A DNA stretch of 64,000 bases from Octopus bimaculoides (taxonomy: Eukaryota), in the NCBI RefSeq assembly GCF_001194135.2, contig NC_068984.1, positions 97,093,700 through 97,157,699 on the forward strand, written 5' to 3'. The position numbers were made by a program, and so were the translations under genes. Every line of letters starts with the position of its first letter. Position 1 is the first letter of the stretch. The notes beneath the pieces were generated by a model. The model was not told the origin of the DNA and did not search any database. It was given only the letters and a program-made list of their open reading frames with translations. Below, piece by piece: positions 51,672 to 64,000 of the stretch.

Positions 51672-53879
51672 CTAAAATGACAATAATATAACAATATTCA
51701 ATTGACACACACAAAAGAAAACCAAAATGTTATGCTACAGAACTTCCTTATAGTATTGTTCAAACTGCTAATACATATATATNNNNNNNNNNNNNNNNNN
51801 NNNNNNNNNNNNNNNNNNNNNNNNNNNNNNNNNNNNNNNNNNNNNNNNNNNNNNNNNNNNNNNNNNNNNNNNNNNNNNNNNNNNNNNNNNNNNNNNNNNN
51901 NNNNNNNNNNNNNNNNNNNNNNNNNNNNNNNNNNNNNNNNNNNNNNNNNNNNNNNNNNNNNNNNNNNNNNNNNNNNNNNNNNNNNNNNNNNNNNNNNNNN
52001 NNNNNNNNNNNNNNNNNNNNNNNNNNNNNNNNNNNNNNNNNNNNNNNNNNNNNNNNNNNNNNNNNNNNNNNNNNNNNNNNNNNNNNNNNNNNNNNNNNNN
52101 NNNNNNNNNNNNNNNNNNNNNNNNNNNNNNNNNNNNNNNNNNNNNNNNNNNNNNNNNNNNNNNNNNNNNNNNNNNNNNNNNNNNNNNNNNNNNNNNNNNN
52201 NNNNNNNNNNNNNNNNNNNNNNNNNNNNNNNNNNNNNNNNNNNNNNNNNNNNNNNNNNNNNNNNNNNNNNNNNNNNNNNNNNNNNNNNNNNNNNNNNNNN
52301 NNNNNNNNNNNNNNNNNNNNNNNNNNNNNNNNNNNNNNNNNNNNNNNNNNNNNNNNNNNNNNNNNNNNNNNNNNNNNNNNNNNNNNNNNNNNNNNNNNNN
52401 NNNNNNNNNNNNNNNNNNNNNNNNNNNNNNNNNNNNNNNNNNNNNNNNNNNNNNNNNNNNNNNNNNNNNNNNNNNNNNNNNNNNNNNNNNNNNNNNNNNN
52501 NNNNNNNNNNNNNNNNNNNNNNNNNNNNNNNNNNNNNNNNNNNNNNNNNNNNNNNNNNNNNNNNNNNNNNNNNNNNNNNNNNNNNNNNNNNNNNNNNNNN
52601 NNNNNNNNNNNNNNNNATATATATATATATATATATATATCTGATATATATTTTGGAAAAATATTTTCCAAAATGAAGTTATTAAGTATTGTAACTCTAC
52701 ATGACTTTTGGCCCACCCTGAATATATAATGTGTATATATATATATAGAGAGAGAGAGAGTTACAATACTTAATAACTTCATTTTGGAAAATATTTTTCT
52801 TTCATTTTTTCACAGATTCTATAAAGAAGACTAACCATCAAAACATTCACAACCAAACAATGAACACAAATTGTGAAATTTTACTATCAAAACCAAGAAT
52901 CAATAATTCTAACTCAGTGAGCATATCATTACTATTACGTGAAGGATTCTTCAAGTGAATTAATGATTAGATGTTTGATTAGTCATTTTGAAGTACAGGG
53001 TTCAGTAAGCAACATTCCATGAACTGGTGGACTCTGCACCATTAGGAATGATGCAACAGTCAGCTATATAATGGAGAGTCTTAAAGAAGACTTGAGCAGC
53101 CTGGACAGGTTAGAGTCTCTTGGACATCACTCTGACACATTCTGAAAACTTTGGACCTTTTTCTGTATAAAATCCAGTTGGTGCAACAGTGAAGCCACCA
53201 GATTATGCCCACAGATTGCAATATGCAGTTAGATTTGTGGCTGTGTAAGAAGCTCACTCCCCAACCACATGGTTCCAGATTCAGTACCATGGTGTGACAC
53301 CTTCAGCAAGTAAATATCTTCTACTTATAGCCTCAAGCCGACCACAGCCTTGTGAGTGGATCTGGTAGACAGACTAATTATTTTCTGTATGAACTGTATA
53401 TGATACTATGGTATTGTAAATTTAAAACAAAAAATAAAGAAGTTATTAAACATTCAAACCCTTTTGTGACTTTTGGCCCAGCTTGTGCGTGCGTGTGTGT
53501 GTGTGTGTGCGCATGTGCGCATGTATACACAGAAAGACAGATAGACAGCACTCAGTTTTGAGAGAGTAAAGTTATTTATTATAATAACCAACCACAATAA
53601 ACCTTGTAAAATACAGCTACCCGAAGTTTCCTGGCTGAAATATTAGTTTATCTCAGCATTTATCAAGCTGATAAAAACAACAAGATAGTTTAGTAACTGC
53701 ATTTGATGTAATAGATATGTTCGAATGAGCACACACATTTAGAAAAACACAGAGAAAAATCAAGGAGAAATAATTAACAGCATGCTAAATATAACCTGTG
53801 TCTTACAAATATCAATAATTTCATAAACCAATACTGGAATGTGTTATGATGTATCTGGTGGTTTATCCCTAATTCCCAC

Positions 53880-54520
53880 TAAAAGTATTTTGTAAAATGC
53901 AGACATGAAGAAAAAATCTTGCTCCTGGTATTTATACAGTCACTGAAGGGTCTTTTTTTTTTTTCAAGTGAGCATATGGAATATCTTTTTGAGCCATTAA
54001 TATAAGGTTTTGTTATTGTGAATTGGAAAGATCTTCCATTTGAAATCGTACTTGATTGTTCTTGTCTTTAAATTTCTAGATCAATGATGAGAGGGCTTGC
54101 ATGTCTCTTCTCAAAGTGCCTAAAGTTTGAAAGATGGTTGTTGTATCTGGATTTAAATTTTCCTTCCATGGATCATATATAATGCTTGGTCTCTGTCCAG
54201 CCATTGTAATAGCTTGCTGATACCTGTGCTTCATAAATAACAGAGGATATATCACATGCTTGCCCTAGAGGACAATTAGATTTATTTCTGAATGTGTAGC
54301 TAGGACATATCCAAGTCATCAGTTGTTTATTGATACAGGTCTTTATATTAGGAGGTTTTTATGTAAATGGAGTAGTCAATCTAGTAGAGTACTTACATCT
54401 TTGGAGTGGTTAACAAACTGGAATAGTTACAGCACCGGAGTGCTTCCCTATTACAATAGTTACCCCATATTGGTTAAGCCTTTGCTTGTACCAATTTCAC
54501 AATAACTGGAGGTAACAAAG
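53880..54520 (-). mobile_element. Penelope-like element GIY-YIG endonuclease region, decayed
   Basis: Reads PNIKTCINKQ...CPLGQACDISSVIYEAQV...TKHYI*SMEGKFKSRYNNHLSNFRHFEKRHAS; a Neptune-type EN with GGA->TGA in YIG. Confidence 0.8.
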
Positions 54521-54703
54521 TAGACTATAGGTCAGCCAACAAATGGGCTAAGAGTTTGCACATTCACATGTGTTGTGATCAAGGACAACACAGCTCTCAA
54601 TGGCTAAGTTTACCTAGCTCTAAGTATTGACCTAATGAATAAAAATTTGTGAGATAAGATATTTAATTAATCGGTGTGATAATTAATAAATTATTAATCC
54701 AAT

Positions 54704-54737
<34 letters not shown>

Positions 54738-57461
54738 TTGCTGTTTGATTCAAAACTTTAGCCAAGGAGAATCGGTTTGATAGGATAATTTCTACATGAG
54801 GGATAATTACTAGATGAAGACAATCCAGTATTCATACTTTGTCATCTGTCCAACACAACTTCTAAGGCCAAGAAGCTTGGCTGTCAAATGACCCAGTTCA
54901 CCTGGTTGTTAACGGTGTGAGCAACACTGTAACAATGGTTTCTTTTGTAAGATCAAGGTCACTGAGCAGGGAAACAGTAAATTATATTGATTCCAATACC
55001 TATTTTTACTGACCCCCAGAAACACAAAAGTGTAAGTCAAAATTAGAATATAAAATTGCAAGGTATTTACTTCTTCAATCAGCCAACTCTACAAAAAACC
55101 ACTAATAGTAGCAACATTCTATTATTAACAAATGTTTTGTTAACTGACAGTGCTAAGTTCAAAACTTGCCATGGGAGTGATTTGAAGAAATTGGGCTCTG
55201 ACAGGGTGATTTGATTTTGGTACAATTCATAAAAGTGAAATCATTAAATCCAATAGATTACAAGATTCACTCAATCTGAGGCTGAAAGAGTCTAATGTAT
55301 CGACAAACACACACACAATTGCACGCGCACACACTTAACCTAATCAAGCTGAGAATTGTTTGATTTTTACTGAAAATACTGCCAGATGTTAATATAGCTT
55401 TCAAAAGAAATGAATATGAAAATCTTAAAAAGATTGTAATAAAAGAACAACAATAAACAGAGATTTACTTCTCTAAGTCAATACATTGTTCCACTTGTAT
55501 TTAATTTATGAATGAAAATCTTGCAAAGTTCCCATAAGTTCAATATGTTTTCACAAAAGAAACAAATGGACAATGTATTTTTTTCTTTACATCACAAACT
55601 GTTTTAAGACACAATAAACCTAGAATTAACTCAGATAAAATCTTTACATTAGGCTTTTGAAATTGTTTCCCTTCTGACAAATTCATCTCTACTTTATGAT
55701 CTCCAGTCCACTTTATGCCCTGAAAAATCTCTGCCTGCTTCATGCCTTAAATGCATCTCCTCTGTAACTTAAAATGTCCACTTTAAGACTAACTAGCTCA
55801 AAGGTTGGGATTAAATAGATCCTAACCGAATAATTTTTAAAAAACAATGAAATGACAAAATTATTCACATATTGACATTTAATTAAAAGATACACATAAC
55901 CATTTCCACAGCCGCTTCACTGTTAAATGGTTTTACATATACAGGTAAACCGAGTTGGAAAAACAAGTGTTTTGACAGCAGACACAAACTTGCTTAGGAT
56001 ATTATGGATGTAAAGCATGCATGTGTGCGTGTGTGTGTGTGTGCATGCGTGAGCGAGAGGGGGAGAGAGAGGGGGGAGAGAAGTCAACATCATTTTATAT
56101 CTGTTTTCTGTACTGGAATGGGTTAGGCAAATTATCACAGTCTTATTTAGTTCTATTTCAGAGTTATTGACCTCCTAGATAGTTCAGAGGAACTTGTTTC
56201 ACCCAGACATTAGATTTGTGATAGTTCCTACAGTGTGAAGCTCTTCCCATCACCAAACTGCTTTACATGATATACTGGGTGCATTTTATCATAGAAGCAG
56301 CACAAGAGGTGTCCTGTCCTCAACAAGACAAGGAACCATCTCCATTCACTTGCAAACTACTTTATCGTCAGCAGCAGCATTTTTCATGTTTTTCCATGCA
56401 TGTAAGGCTTGGATGAGTTTTTCTCAAATCAACATATCAACACTTGTTCCTTTGTGATCTTCTTTGTAAGATTCAACATCCTTAGATCAGTTTTCACCAT
56501 TTCTGCTTATGCCTTCCATGATCTTCCTCTTCTAGTGGGTTCTTTTACATTTTCCCTCATCTGTCATCATCCATATGTATCACATATCCATACCAATGTA
56601 GCTATATCTCTTGTACACTAAATCTGATTCTTCATATATCCAGTTTTTCCTCTTAACTCATCTGTGCCTAGTTATTCATGCACACTGACATTACACATCC
56701 AGCAGATCATGTTTGCTTTGTTCTTCACTAATCTATGCATGTCCTCTACATTCACTCCTTGTCTTACTACCATCCATTGGAGTTCAAATTCAAGCATCAT
56801 ACAATCTACCCTTCAAAAAAGAAACCCCTTATTGCCAGCAGAGGTAATAACTCCCTGAATTTTTCCTATTCTATTCTAATTCGGTTTACCATGTTTTCAG
56901 AATACTTTTCTCTACTACTGATTAGGTCATCTAGGTAACAGTAGGCTATCAATTACTTCTACAAAGCCTTCCAAACACAATAAGGAATTTATTTTACCGG
57001 TGCCCTGAAAGCTAACTACTCATGTACATCTATTACATACATAGTCTTTATTAACTGTCAGTCTTCCCTGGATTCCACTACTTTTCTTGTGCATTCACAG
57101 ATCACATTAGGTACATTGTACAAAATTTTTACCAACACCTTTTCTGCATAGTGAGCATGGCCATTTCCCTATTAGTATCAGAGTCCTGTTAACTTTCTGA
57201 TATAATAAAACAGTCTTTGCTACTTTTACTCTGAGGCTACTTGATTCTAGGTTTTGTTTCAACAGCTGGAATTTCATTTCTAAATCTTCCCCAGTTTCTG
57301 CTACAAGAACTTGATCATTAGTATATAGACGTTTGTAATAGCCTGGAGAACTATAATAAACAGGAGGGGGCTAAGAAAATTTCTATACACACACAAACAT
57401 TCATACACATATACATACATGCACACATTAAATAAAAGGTAGAAAACAATAAAATAAATAC

Positions 57462-57513
57462 CTCTTTAATGTTATCAGGCAGGTGTCTAATTTTAGTGAT
57501 GGTGGAACTGCCT
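57462..57513 (-). CDS. RCC1L: RCC1L exon (phase 2-0)
   Basis: ctcctattcag|...GAG|gtattt; 52 nt reading GSSTITKIRHLPDNIKE. Its phases bridge the flanking exons exactly. Confidence 0.8.
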
Positions 57514-58110
57514 CTGAATAGGAGAACAAATATATTTATATATTTGTAAAGCTGAAGACATTAACAGATTCTGGATAAGAAATAGAAGTTTTAGATCATA
57601 AATACAATATTTTGGTTAACTAAAGACTTTTCATCAGAACTGCCATTGCTATCACATTAATCACAATATCATGGAAGAAATAATTAACCAAAGTGAGTTT
57701 TCTCTCCCTCTAAAAAGAAAAAAACATCAATATTTTCCACAAGAAAATAATACTGTTAGAGAGAACAACATATTTCCTTACTAGCCCGATAGGGCAGCTT
57801 TCAAGCTAGCTCCAGTGGAGGGCTCTTCATTGGGCCTTGGGCCCAACAATAACACTTCGTGCATTGAGTACATATTGAATTTTATTAAACTTGGACAATA
57901 TTTTTCAAGTAATGAACGATTTTCATCAAAACAATAATTTGTCCACTTGGAACTTATTGCAAAGCTGCATGATAAACAACAAATTTTGTCTTCCCATTCA
58001 GGGTCAGTACAAATAGCTTGTTTCAATTCCCTACCCTTGAACAACCAGCATATAGCTGGCCATAGGCAACAATAAACTTACCTTTTAAAAGTTCAACGAT
58101 AATTCTTCTG

Positions 58111-58358
58111 GTTCTATATTTAAGAGATGAGGAATTATGTACATTATTTACATTATTTACAATTGATAGATATTTGTCCTCATCTTGTTTGTTGTTAACA
58201 CAACGTTTCGGCTGATATACCCTCCAGCCTTCATCTGATGTCTTGGGGATATTTCGAACCTGAGTTCAAAATTTCCGCAAGACACCTGATATCAGCCGAA
58301 ACGTTGTGTTAACAACAAACAAGATAAGGACAAATATCCATCAATTGTAAATAATATA
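58111..58358. mobile_element. Inverted (head-to-head) insertion of two truncated hammerhead-bearing tails with a 13-bp TSD
   Basis: Direct repeat gataattcttctg at 58098-58110 and 58359-58371. Minus arm about 58111-58267 and plus arm about 58266-58358. Confidence 0.8.
58197..58242 (-). ncRNA. Minimal type I hammerhead motif, family 2 (core U4->A)
   Basis: Reads GACAU CAGAUGA A GGCUG gaggguauau CAGCC GAAAC GU U GUGUU. Stem I is GACAU/GUGUU, stem II is 5 bp and stem III is the loopless palindrome ACGU. The inverted neighbour at 58281-58310 keeps CUGAU but has lost stem II. Confidence 0.65.
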
Positions 58359-59204
58359 GATAATTCTTCTGCTGTCAATTAATTTAAAGACAATTTGATG
58401 TATGTAGGGCCTTACTTTCCGTACAAACAATTATTTGTAATACCTGGTACATATCTAAACTCCTGTTCGTAGTTTGAAGGAAAATTACACCACTGTTGCT
58501 AAACACTATTTCAAAGTGTGATTTTTATGTTTTAGAATTGCTCTAAATGTATTTGACCATAAAGATGTTTGAAATTTAGTATTTTTTAAGGTAATAATAA
58601 AATTAGTCGAATTTATTTTCATGCAATTGGAGGATGCTAAGTTTCCATAGCTCCAACGGCTGACGACATCAAAATAGGTCCGACAAATTGTATTAATATC
58701 TGAAAAAAGTTTCTAATATTTTTATTGTAGAGGGTTATGAGAGATAATATTGTATGAGAGAGTGAGTTCAATACGTACTTCAGTTCTGAAGCACATGTTA
58801 TGGTTAAATTACTTGATACAGTTATAATATTTAGAGAAAGATTTTTTCAAAATGTTTATTTTGGAAATTACTTTCGAAAATAGTTATAATATTTAGAGAA
58901 ATATCTTTTTCCAAATGTTAGGATTAAAAAAACCCCCACAAGAATGAAGAATAGTAGAAGTGTCACCGAATAGTGAGAGAGGGGGTCGGAAGAGTAAAGT
59001 TGAAAAAGTGTGACACACTGACATTCGCTTTCGTATTTATTATCATAAATTGTTGATTTTGGGAACATTCTATGATACTGAACACACTTATGATTATCTA
59101 AAAAAAGTCATTAATTTTAGGAGCAAAGTTAGGTAGAGGCTATTTAAGAAAGTTATAATAGCCCTGCATTTATTAAAGTAAAAACTATGTAAGAAAAATA
59201 TGGT

Positions 59205-59575
59205 AACAGCTGTGACTGTGTAAGAAGCTCACTTCCCAACCACATGGTTCCAGGTTCCGTCCCACTGTGTGGCACCTTTCGCAAATGTCTTCTACTATAG
59301 CCTCAGGCTGACCACAGCCTTGTGAGTGGATATAGTAGACAAAAACTGAAAGAAACCTGTCATGTACGTGTGTGTATGTGTTTGTCCTTTACCACAACCT
59401 GACAACTGATGGTGTGTTTACGTCCCTCATAACTTAACAGTTCAGTAAAAGAGACTGATAGAATAAAAACCGGGCTTTAAAAAAAAGAATATTGAGGCCA
59501 GATCACTCAACCAAAAAGTTCTTCAAGGTGATGCCCCAGCATGGCTGCAGTCTAATGACTAAAATAAGTAAAAGA
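59205..59575 (+). mobile_element. Abundant tRNA-derived SINE (further copies at about 6588-6995 +, 8575-8905 -, 14335-14485 -, 39055-39425 -, 53230-53375 +)
   Basis: Shared ctgtgtggtaagaagcttgcttcccaaccacatggttccgggttcagtcccactg...gggcaagtgtcttctactatagcc...gccttgtgagtggatttgg. Confidence 0.85.
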
Positions 59576-59594
59576 TAACTTTGCAGAATTAAAA

Positions 59595-59722
59595 CTAGAT
59601 ACAGACTATGTAAGAAGGCTGTGGTAGTCATATATTATTAAAGTTAGATACAGATTATGTAAGAGGGCTGTGGTAGCCCTGTATTATTAAAGCTGGGTAC
59701 AGATTATGTAAGAAGGCTATGT
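59595..59722. repeat. ~48-bp tandem repeat x2.5
   Basis: tagatacagactatgtaagaaggctgtggtagtcatatattattaaagt repeated. Confidence 0.8.
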
Positions 59723-60324
59723 ACTGAATTAATGCTGTAATATGTACTACAGATATAGTCCACATTATGAAAATATTCTATTCGTGAAAATATTGTGTTA
59801 ACATGAAGTTCCATATACCGAGATTTTTTCCTTTGATTTCTATTTAACATGGAAATCAATAGAAGATATATTACATATGACAGATCTCCACATTGCAGCA
59901 AGATTTTTCTGAAGTGCAATACTTATGTAACATGGGAGCTGCTTATAGTGTAAAGCTGAACAGAATGGTTAGCATTATAAAGACAGACATCCAGTTGTTA
60001 AAAGAAGCAACAATTTCTATATAAATATCTCTCACAAGGCAAATTTCTGCACACATCCACAACAAAAACACTCGACGGAACATTGGTCATCACCAGTGTT
60101 TTCTCTAGCCCAAGGTTGAGAATTTGGGAGGAAAAGATTGGAAAATGGTTAGTGTCACTTGATAGGAAGAGAAAAATGTATGTTACTTGTATTTTTCTGT
60201 TTCTAGAATCAGACTACTGAGAAGAGGATGACAGATTAATGAGTGGAAAGGACACAATAGGGAGGAGTAACACAGTAGGGATGACCAGAGTAGAAGGGAG
60301 AGAAGAGAAAAATATACAAGTTAC

Positions 60325-60391
60325 CTGTATTTTTCTGTTTCTACAATAGGTCGACCACACTGACCAAATGAGTTGTTACCAAGACTGAACA
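60325..60391 (-). CDS. RCC1L: RCC1-like protein, first exon visible in the window (phase 1-2)
   Basis: ctcctgtacag|...AG|gtaact; 67 nt reading (V)FSLGNNSFGQCGRPIVETEKY(R). Matches human RCC1L VFSMGNNSYGQCGRKVVENEIY as recalled. Confidence 0.92.
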
Positions 60392-61762
60392 CTGTACAGG
60401 AGAAAGAGGAGAAACAAAATAAAGTTATAAACAAGATAAGAGAAATATTAAAAAGAAAGTGTTGGTATAATCATTGAAAAGACAAATTAGATTACCAGGT
60501 TTTTGTTGTTTTTTGTTGTTTAACCTGAGGTCAACAACAATCCAACAGCTTTATGATCAAAGGTGTTCTTTCTAATGACAAATATTCGTTCTATTTGGGT
60601 GAAACATGTACTACAAAATACTTTTTTTCAAACACCAATTTATCATCTTTTCCCTGATGAACAAGGGAGAGAGGGGAGAGAGGGANNNNNNNNNNNNNNN
60701 NNNNNNNNNNNNNNNNNNNNNNNNNNNNNNNNNNNNNNNNNNNNNNNNNNNNNNNNNNNNNNNNNNNNNNNNNNNNNNNNNNNNNNNNNNNNNNNNNNNN
60801 NNNNNNNNNNNNNNNNNNNNNNNNNNNNNNNNNNNNNNNNNNNNNNNNNNNNNNNNNNNNNNNNNNNNNGAGAGGGGGAGAGGGAGAGAGAGAGTGCATG
60901 TGTGTATGTCTTCACCAATATACACTGACAAAAGATACATATATACATACACATATACACACACACATACATATGTACAAACAGAGAGATAGATATGACA
61001 GGCTTCTACACAGTTTCCATTTCCCAAATTTCAGTCACAAAGCATCAATAAGCAGCTATGGTAGCAGACAATGTACCACACAGAGAAACAAACCCATTTT
61101 AAAATGAACTTCTTAATCACTTAGCCACGTCTGCACCTTCACCAAACAATTTTTTTTCATTTTTTTTTCAGACTGTATCTGAGACTATATTACTTATGAT
61201 ATTGTTTATTTTTAAGACAGTAAGGCATGACTTGAGGGAGATTTAGCTTCCACTTCTAGCATGCCAAGTGACTATACAGAGGTTCCTTCATTTTCAATGC
61301 TCATAACTTGGCATTATTTCATACTGGAGAGCAGATATCAAATATAATCTATAAGTACCAAAGGCAATAATTTTATTTTTAACTTACTGGGTTTGAAGGG
61401 AAAGAAATGTCCATAAGCTTCACAGACCTTTTGAGACTGATTCCATTAGTGTTCTACTTAAGCTGCTGCAGGAAAGAGGCAACTGGGGAGGAAAGTTTAA
61501 AAGATCTCTTAATTTCTACAACATATCACCTCCTTTTTTATCTCCAGAGCTGAAGTAAACTCCACAGATCTCATCCAAGTAACTATAGACTACATTTTAA
61601 GGGCTAGTTCTTAACTCCTGTTTCAGGTGTAAAGTAGATGAGAGATATGTATTCTCCTACAGTGGATGAGGTAACTTATTCCCTAATGAACTGCTACTTA
61701 TTTATCCATGACAGCTAGGTGATGAAGTGAAGACATGTAGAATAAAGTACACACATTGTATG

Positions 61763-61799
<37 letters not shown>

Positions 61800-62834
61800 T
61801 TAGATATATAAAAGAAAATGATTTCCTGATGCTGGAGAGCAAACAGACAGAGATAACAGCAGAGTAAAGAGGACTGTTTAATCTTACCAAGGATATGACA
61901 ACCTCCTTAGTGTTTCTGCGACAATAAAATGCACTCATCACATTTTGTAAAGTGGTTGACGCTAGGAAAGGCATCCAAACATAGAAACCTCACTAAAAGT
62001 ATAACATGATCCTCACATCTTGTCTAAGAGAGCATTAAGTTTAAATAAGAACTGACTCAGATTGTGACAATATGGCCAGCTCATACCAGCATGGCAAAGA
62101 AGTTGATAAAGATAAAGCATTTTGATGAAGATGATGATTATGTTGATGGTGATGATGATGATGATAACAGACATAAAGATTATATGTATAATGAAATATA
62201 TATATAAACAGAACTGTATTACAAATAAGTGCCCTGAAACTGGAGGATGGAGGGGGCCAGTAACCCTGACAACATCATATTCTAGATGAATGACCTCTGC
62301 TATCATCCATCACTCTCACAACTCCACTAACAATACACACAATAACATAAAGTTTAGAGAAGGGTACAACTGTTTACATTAATCTCCAGTGATTAACTGG
62401 TATTTACTGACTTCAAAAGGTTGACACACACAAATGTGCCTGATGTGGTTTGAACTCAGAATGTAAACACTGCAAATCCTTTAATCCAACACATTCCTGT
62501 TTCTGACATTTCATGATGATGATGACGATTATTATTTTTAACATAGAAACAAGGCCAGAAATTTTTCAAGGGAGTATTTTAGTCAATTAAATCTCCCCCT
62601 CTCTCTCTCTCCTTGGAACAGATGAAAGGCAAACTTGACCTGAGCAGGATTTGAACTCAGAATGTAAAGAGCTGCAACTAATAATTTCCCTATTCAGTGC
62701 TCTTAATAATTTCTTATTTAAGGAATTTCAAGAAAAAATAATGAGATAATTATATTGACCCCAGTATTTGACTTGTACTTACATCGTAAGACATCTTGTC
62801 AGATGCTCATGATTCTGTCAATCTGCTGCTGCTG

Positions 62835-62925
<91 letters not shown>

Positions 62926-62927
<2 letters not shown>

Positions 62928-64000
62928 GGTTGTTCCGAAAATAATGGCTGCTCTAAGTGTTGTGTTTTGAAATGCAATTCTATCATAGTATTTTAACTAT
63001 ATTTTAGGTGAATTCTGACATACTTAATAATTGATGTATGTTCTTTAATAATTTTCTATTTATTTCAGACAGAAAACATTCTTGAAGCATACGTGCCCTT
63101 AATTATGAACATGGCAAAAAAGGACTTTCGCTTACTTTTCTTGCATGAGTTCAAGCTTGGGCACAATGCTTCCCAAACTGCTGCCAATATCAACAAAGTA
63201 TGGGGAGGTGGGGTCCACAAGTGACCATACAGTACAAAGGTGGTTTCAGAAATTCTGTAGTGGTGATGAGAGCCTTGAAGAAGGTAGAAGGTCATGCAGT
63301 CTTGACAATGAACAATTGAAAGCAATTGTTGAACAAAACCCACATCAAAGTGTCAGAGAAATGTCTCAAGCACTTGGTGTCAGTACTGCAATGGTCCCAC
63401 GCAATCTGCAGAAGATTGGTAAGGTGAAAAAGCTTGATAAATGGGTACTGCATGAGCTCAATGAAAATCAAAAAGTTCATCGTTTTGAAATGTGCTCAAT
63501 GCTCTTTCTGTGAAACACCAATGATCCTTTTACTGAATAGTCACTTATAACAAAAAGTGGATCCTTTATGATAACCGTAAATGATCAGGTCAATTGCTTG
63601 ATTGTGACAAGTCCCCCAAACATTTCCCAAAACCAAAGTTGCATCAGCAAAAGATTATGGTGACTGTCTGGTGGTCTGCAATTGGTGTTGTCCATTACAG
63701 CTTTCTGGAAGCCAATCAGAGCATTACAGCAGAGGTTTACTGCAATCAACTTGCTGAAATGCATGTTCACTTGCAAAAAATGAGACTTGCATTGGTGAAG
63801 TGGCGTGGCCCAATTCTGCTCCATGATAATGCAAACCACATGTTGCAAGAATGACGCTGCAGAAACTCACAGACTTTGGATACGAGACTTTACCACATCC
63901 TCCATATTCTCCTGATCTTTCACCTACTGACAATCATTTTTTTAGCATTTAAATATGTTTTTAAGTGATAAAACTTTCAGGTCAAAACCAGAGGTGGAAT
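62926..64000 (+). mobile_element. Mariner (Hsmar1/SETMAR-transposase-like) element, pseudogenised and cut by the window end
   Basis: TIR-like taggttgttccgaaaataatgg follows (TAA)n. The ORF from about 63105 reads FRLLFLHEFKLGHNA, TVQRWFQKFCSGDESLE, KLDKWVLHEL, PKHFPKPKLHQQKIMVTVWWS, PILLHDNA and HPPYSPDLSPTD, with frameshifts and stops. Confidence 0.93.

Noticed and set aside
57781-58044. 87-aa minus-strand ORF with protein-like composition in an RCC1L intron
   Set aside because: No RCC1 motif and not needed for the RCC1L frame; probably a repeat-derived fragment that I cannot assign.
58082-58110. Minus-strand segment ending in a perfect AAG|gtaagt donor inside an RCC1L intron
   Set aside because: The frame required by the neighbouring exons contains TGA, and exons 60325-60391 and 57462-57513 already join in frame.
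58655-58700. CTGACGA...ggtccGACA hammerhead-like string
   Set aside because: Stem II does not pair, GAAA is absent and no stem I or cleavage triplet is in register.

Overview
Eukaryotic, AT-rich, microsatellite-dense genomic DNA with several N gaps. The repeat content (RTE tails ending in (GAT)n, abundant tRNA-headed SINEs) suggests an octopus or other coleoid cephalopod; this is inference. Two convergent multi-exon genes are present, and the 5' ends of both lie outside the window. (1) On the + strand, a syndecan (TM GAVVG, C1 RMRKKDEGSY, C-terminal EFYA; stop at 30643). Its ectodomain appears to include two phase-1 symmetric exons (4471-4695, 9062-9259), each encoding a six-cysteine thyroglobulin type-1 domain, which is atypical for syndecans. 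(2) On the - strand, RCC1L/WBSCR16, with 8 exons from 60391 to the stop at 37552 that splice into one open frame. The introns hold decayed mobile DNA: RTE and R4/Dong-like LINE pieces, SINEs, MITEs, a TIR/TSD-bounded hAT-Buster element (39602-43382), a mariner, and several Penelope-like element (PLE) fragments. The PLE-associated sequence carries type I hammerhead ribozyme motifs that the ORF track does not show. One near-canonical hammerhead lies sense in a syndecan intron (8305-8393) and has an antisense twin at 12188-12276. A second family sits behind a tRNA-like Pol III promoter directly after a PLE endonuclease end (20590-20820) and recurs as an inverted, TSD-flanked insertion (58111-58358). 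A decayed third motif lies downstream of another PLE endonuclease (53612-53672). Most short ORFs in the supplied track are microsatellite or repeat noise. All alignments and folds were done by eye.
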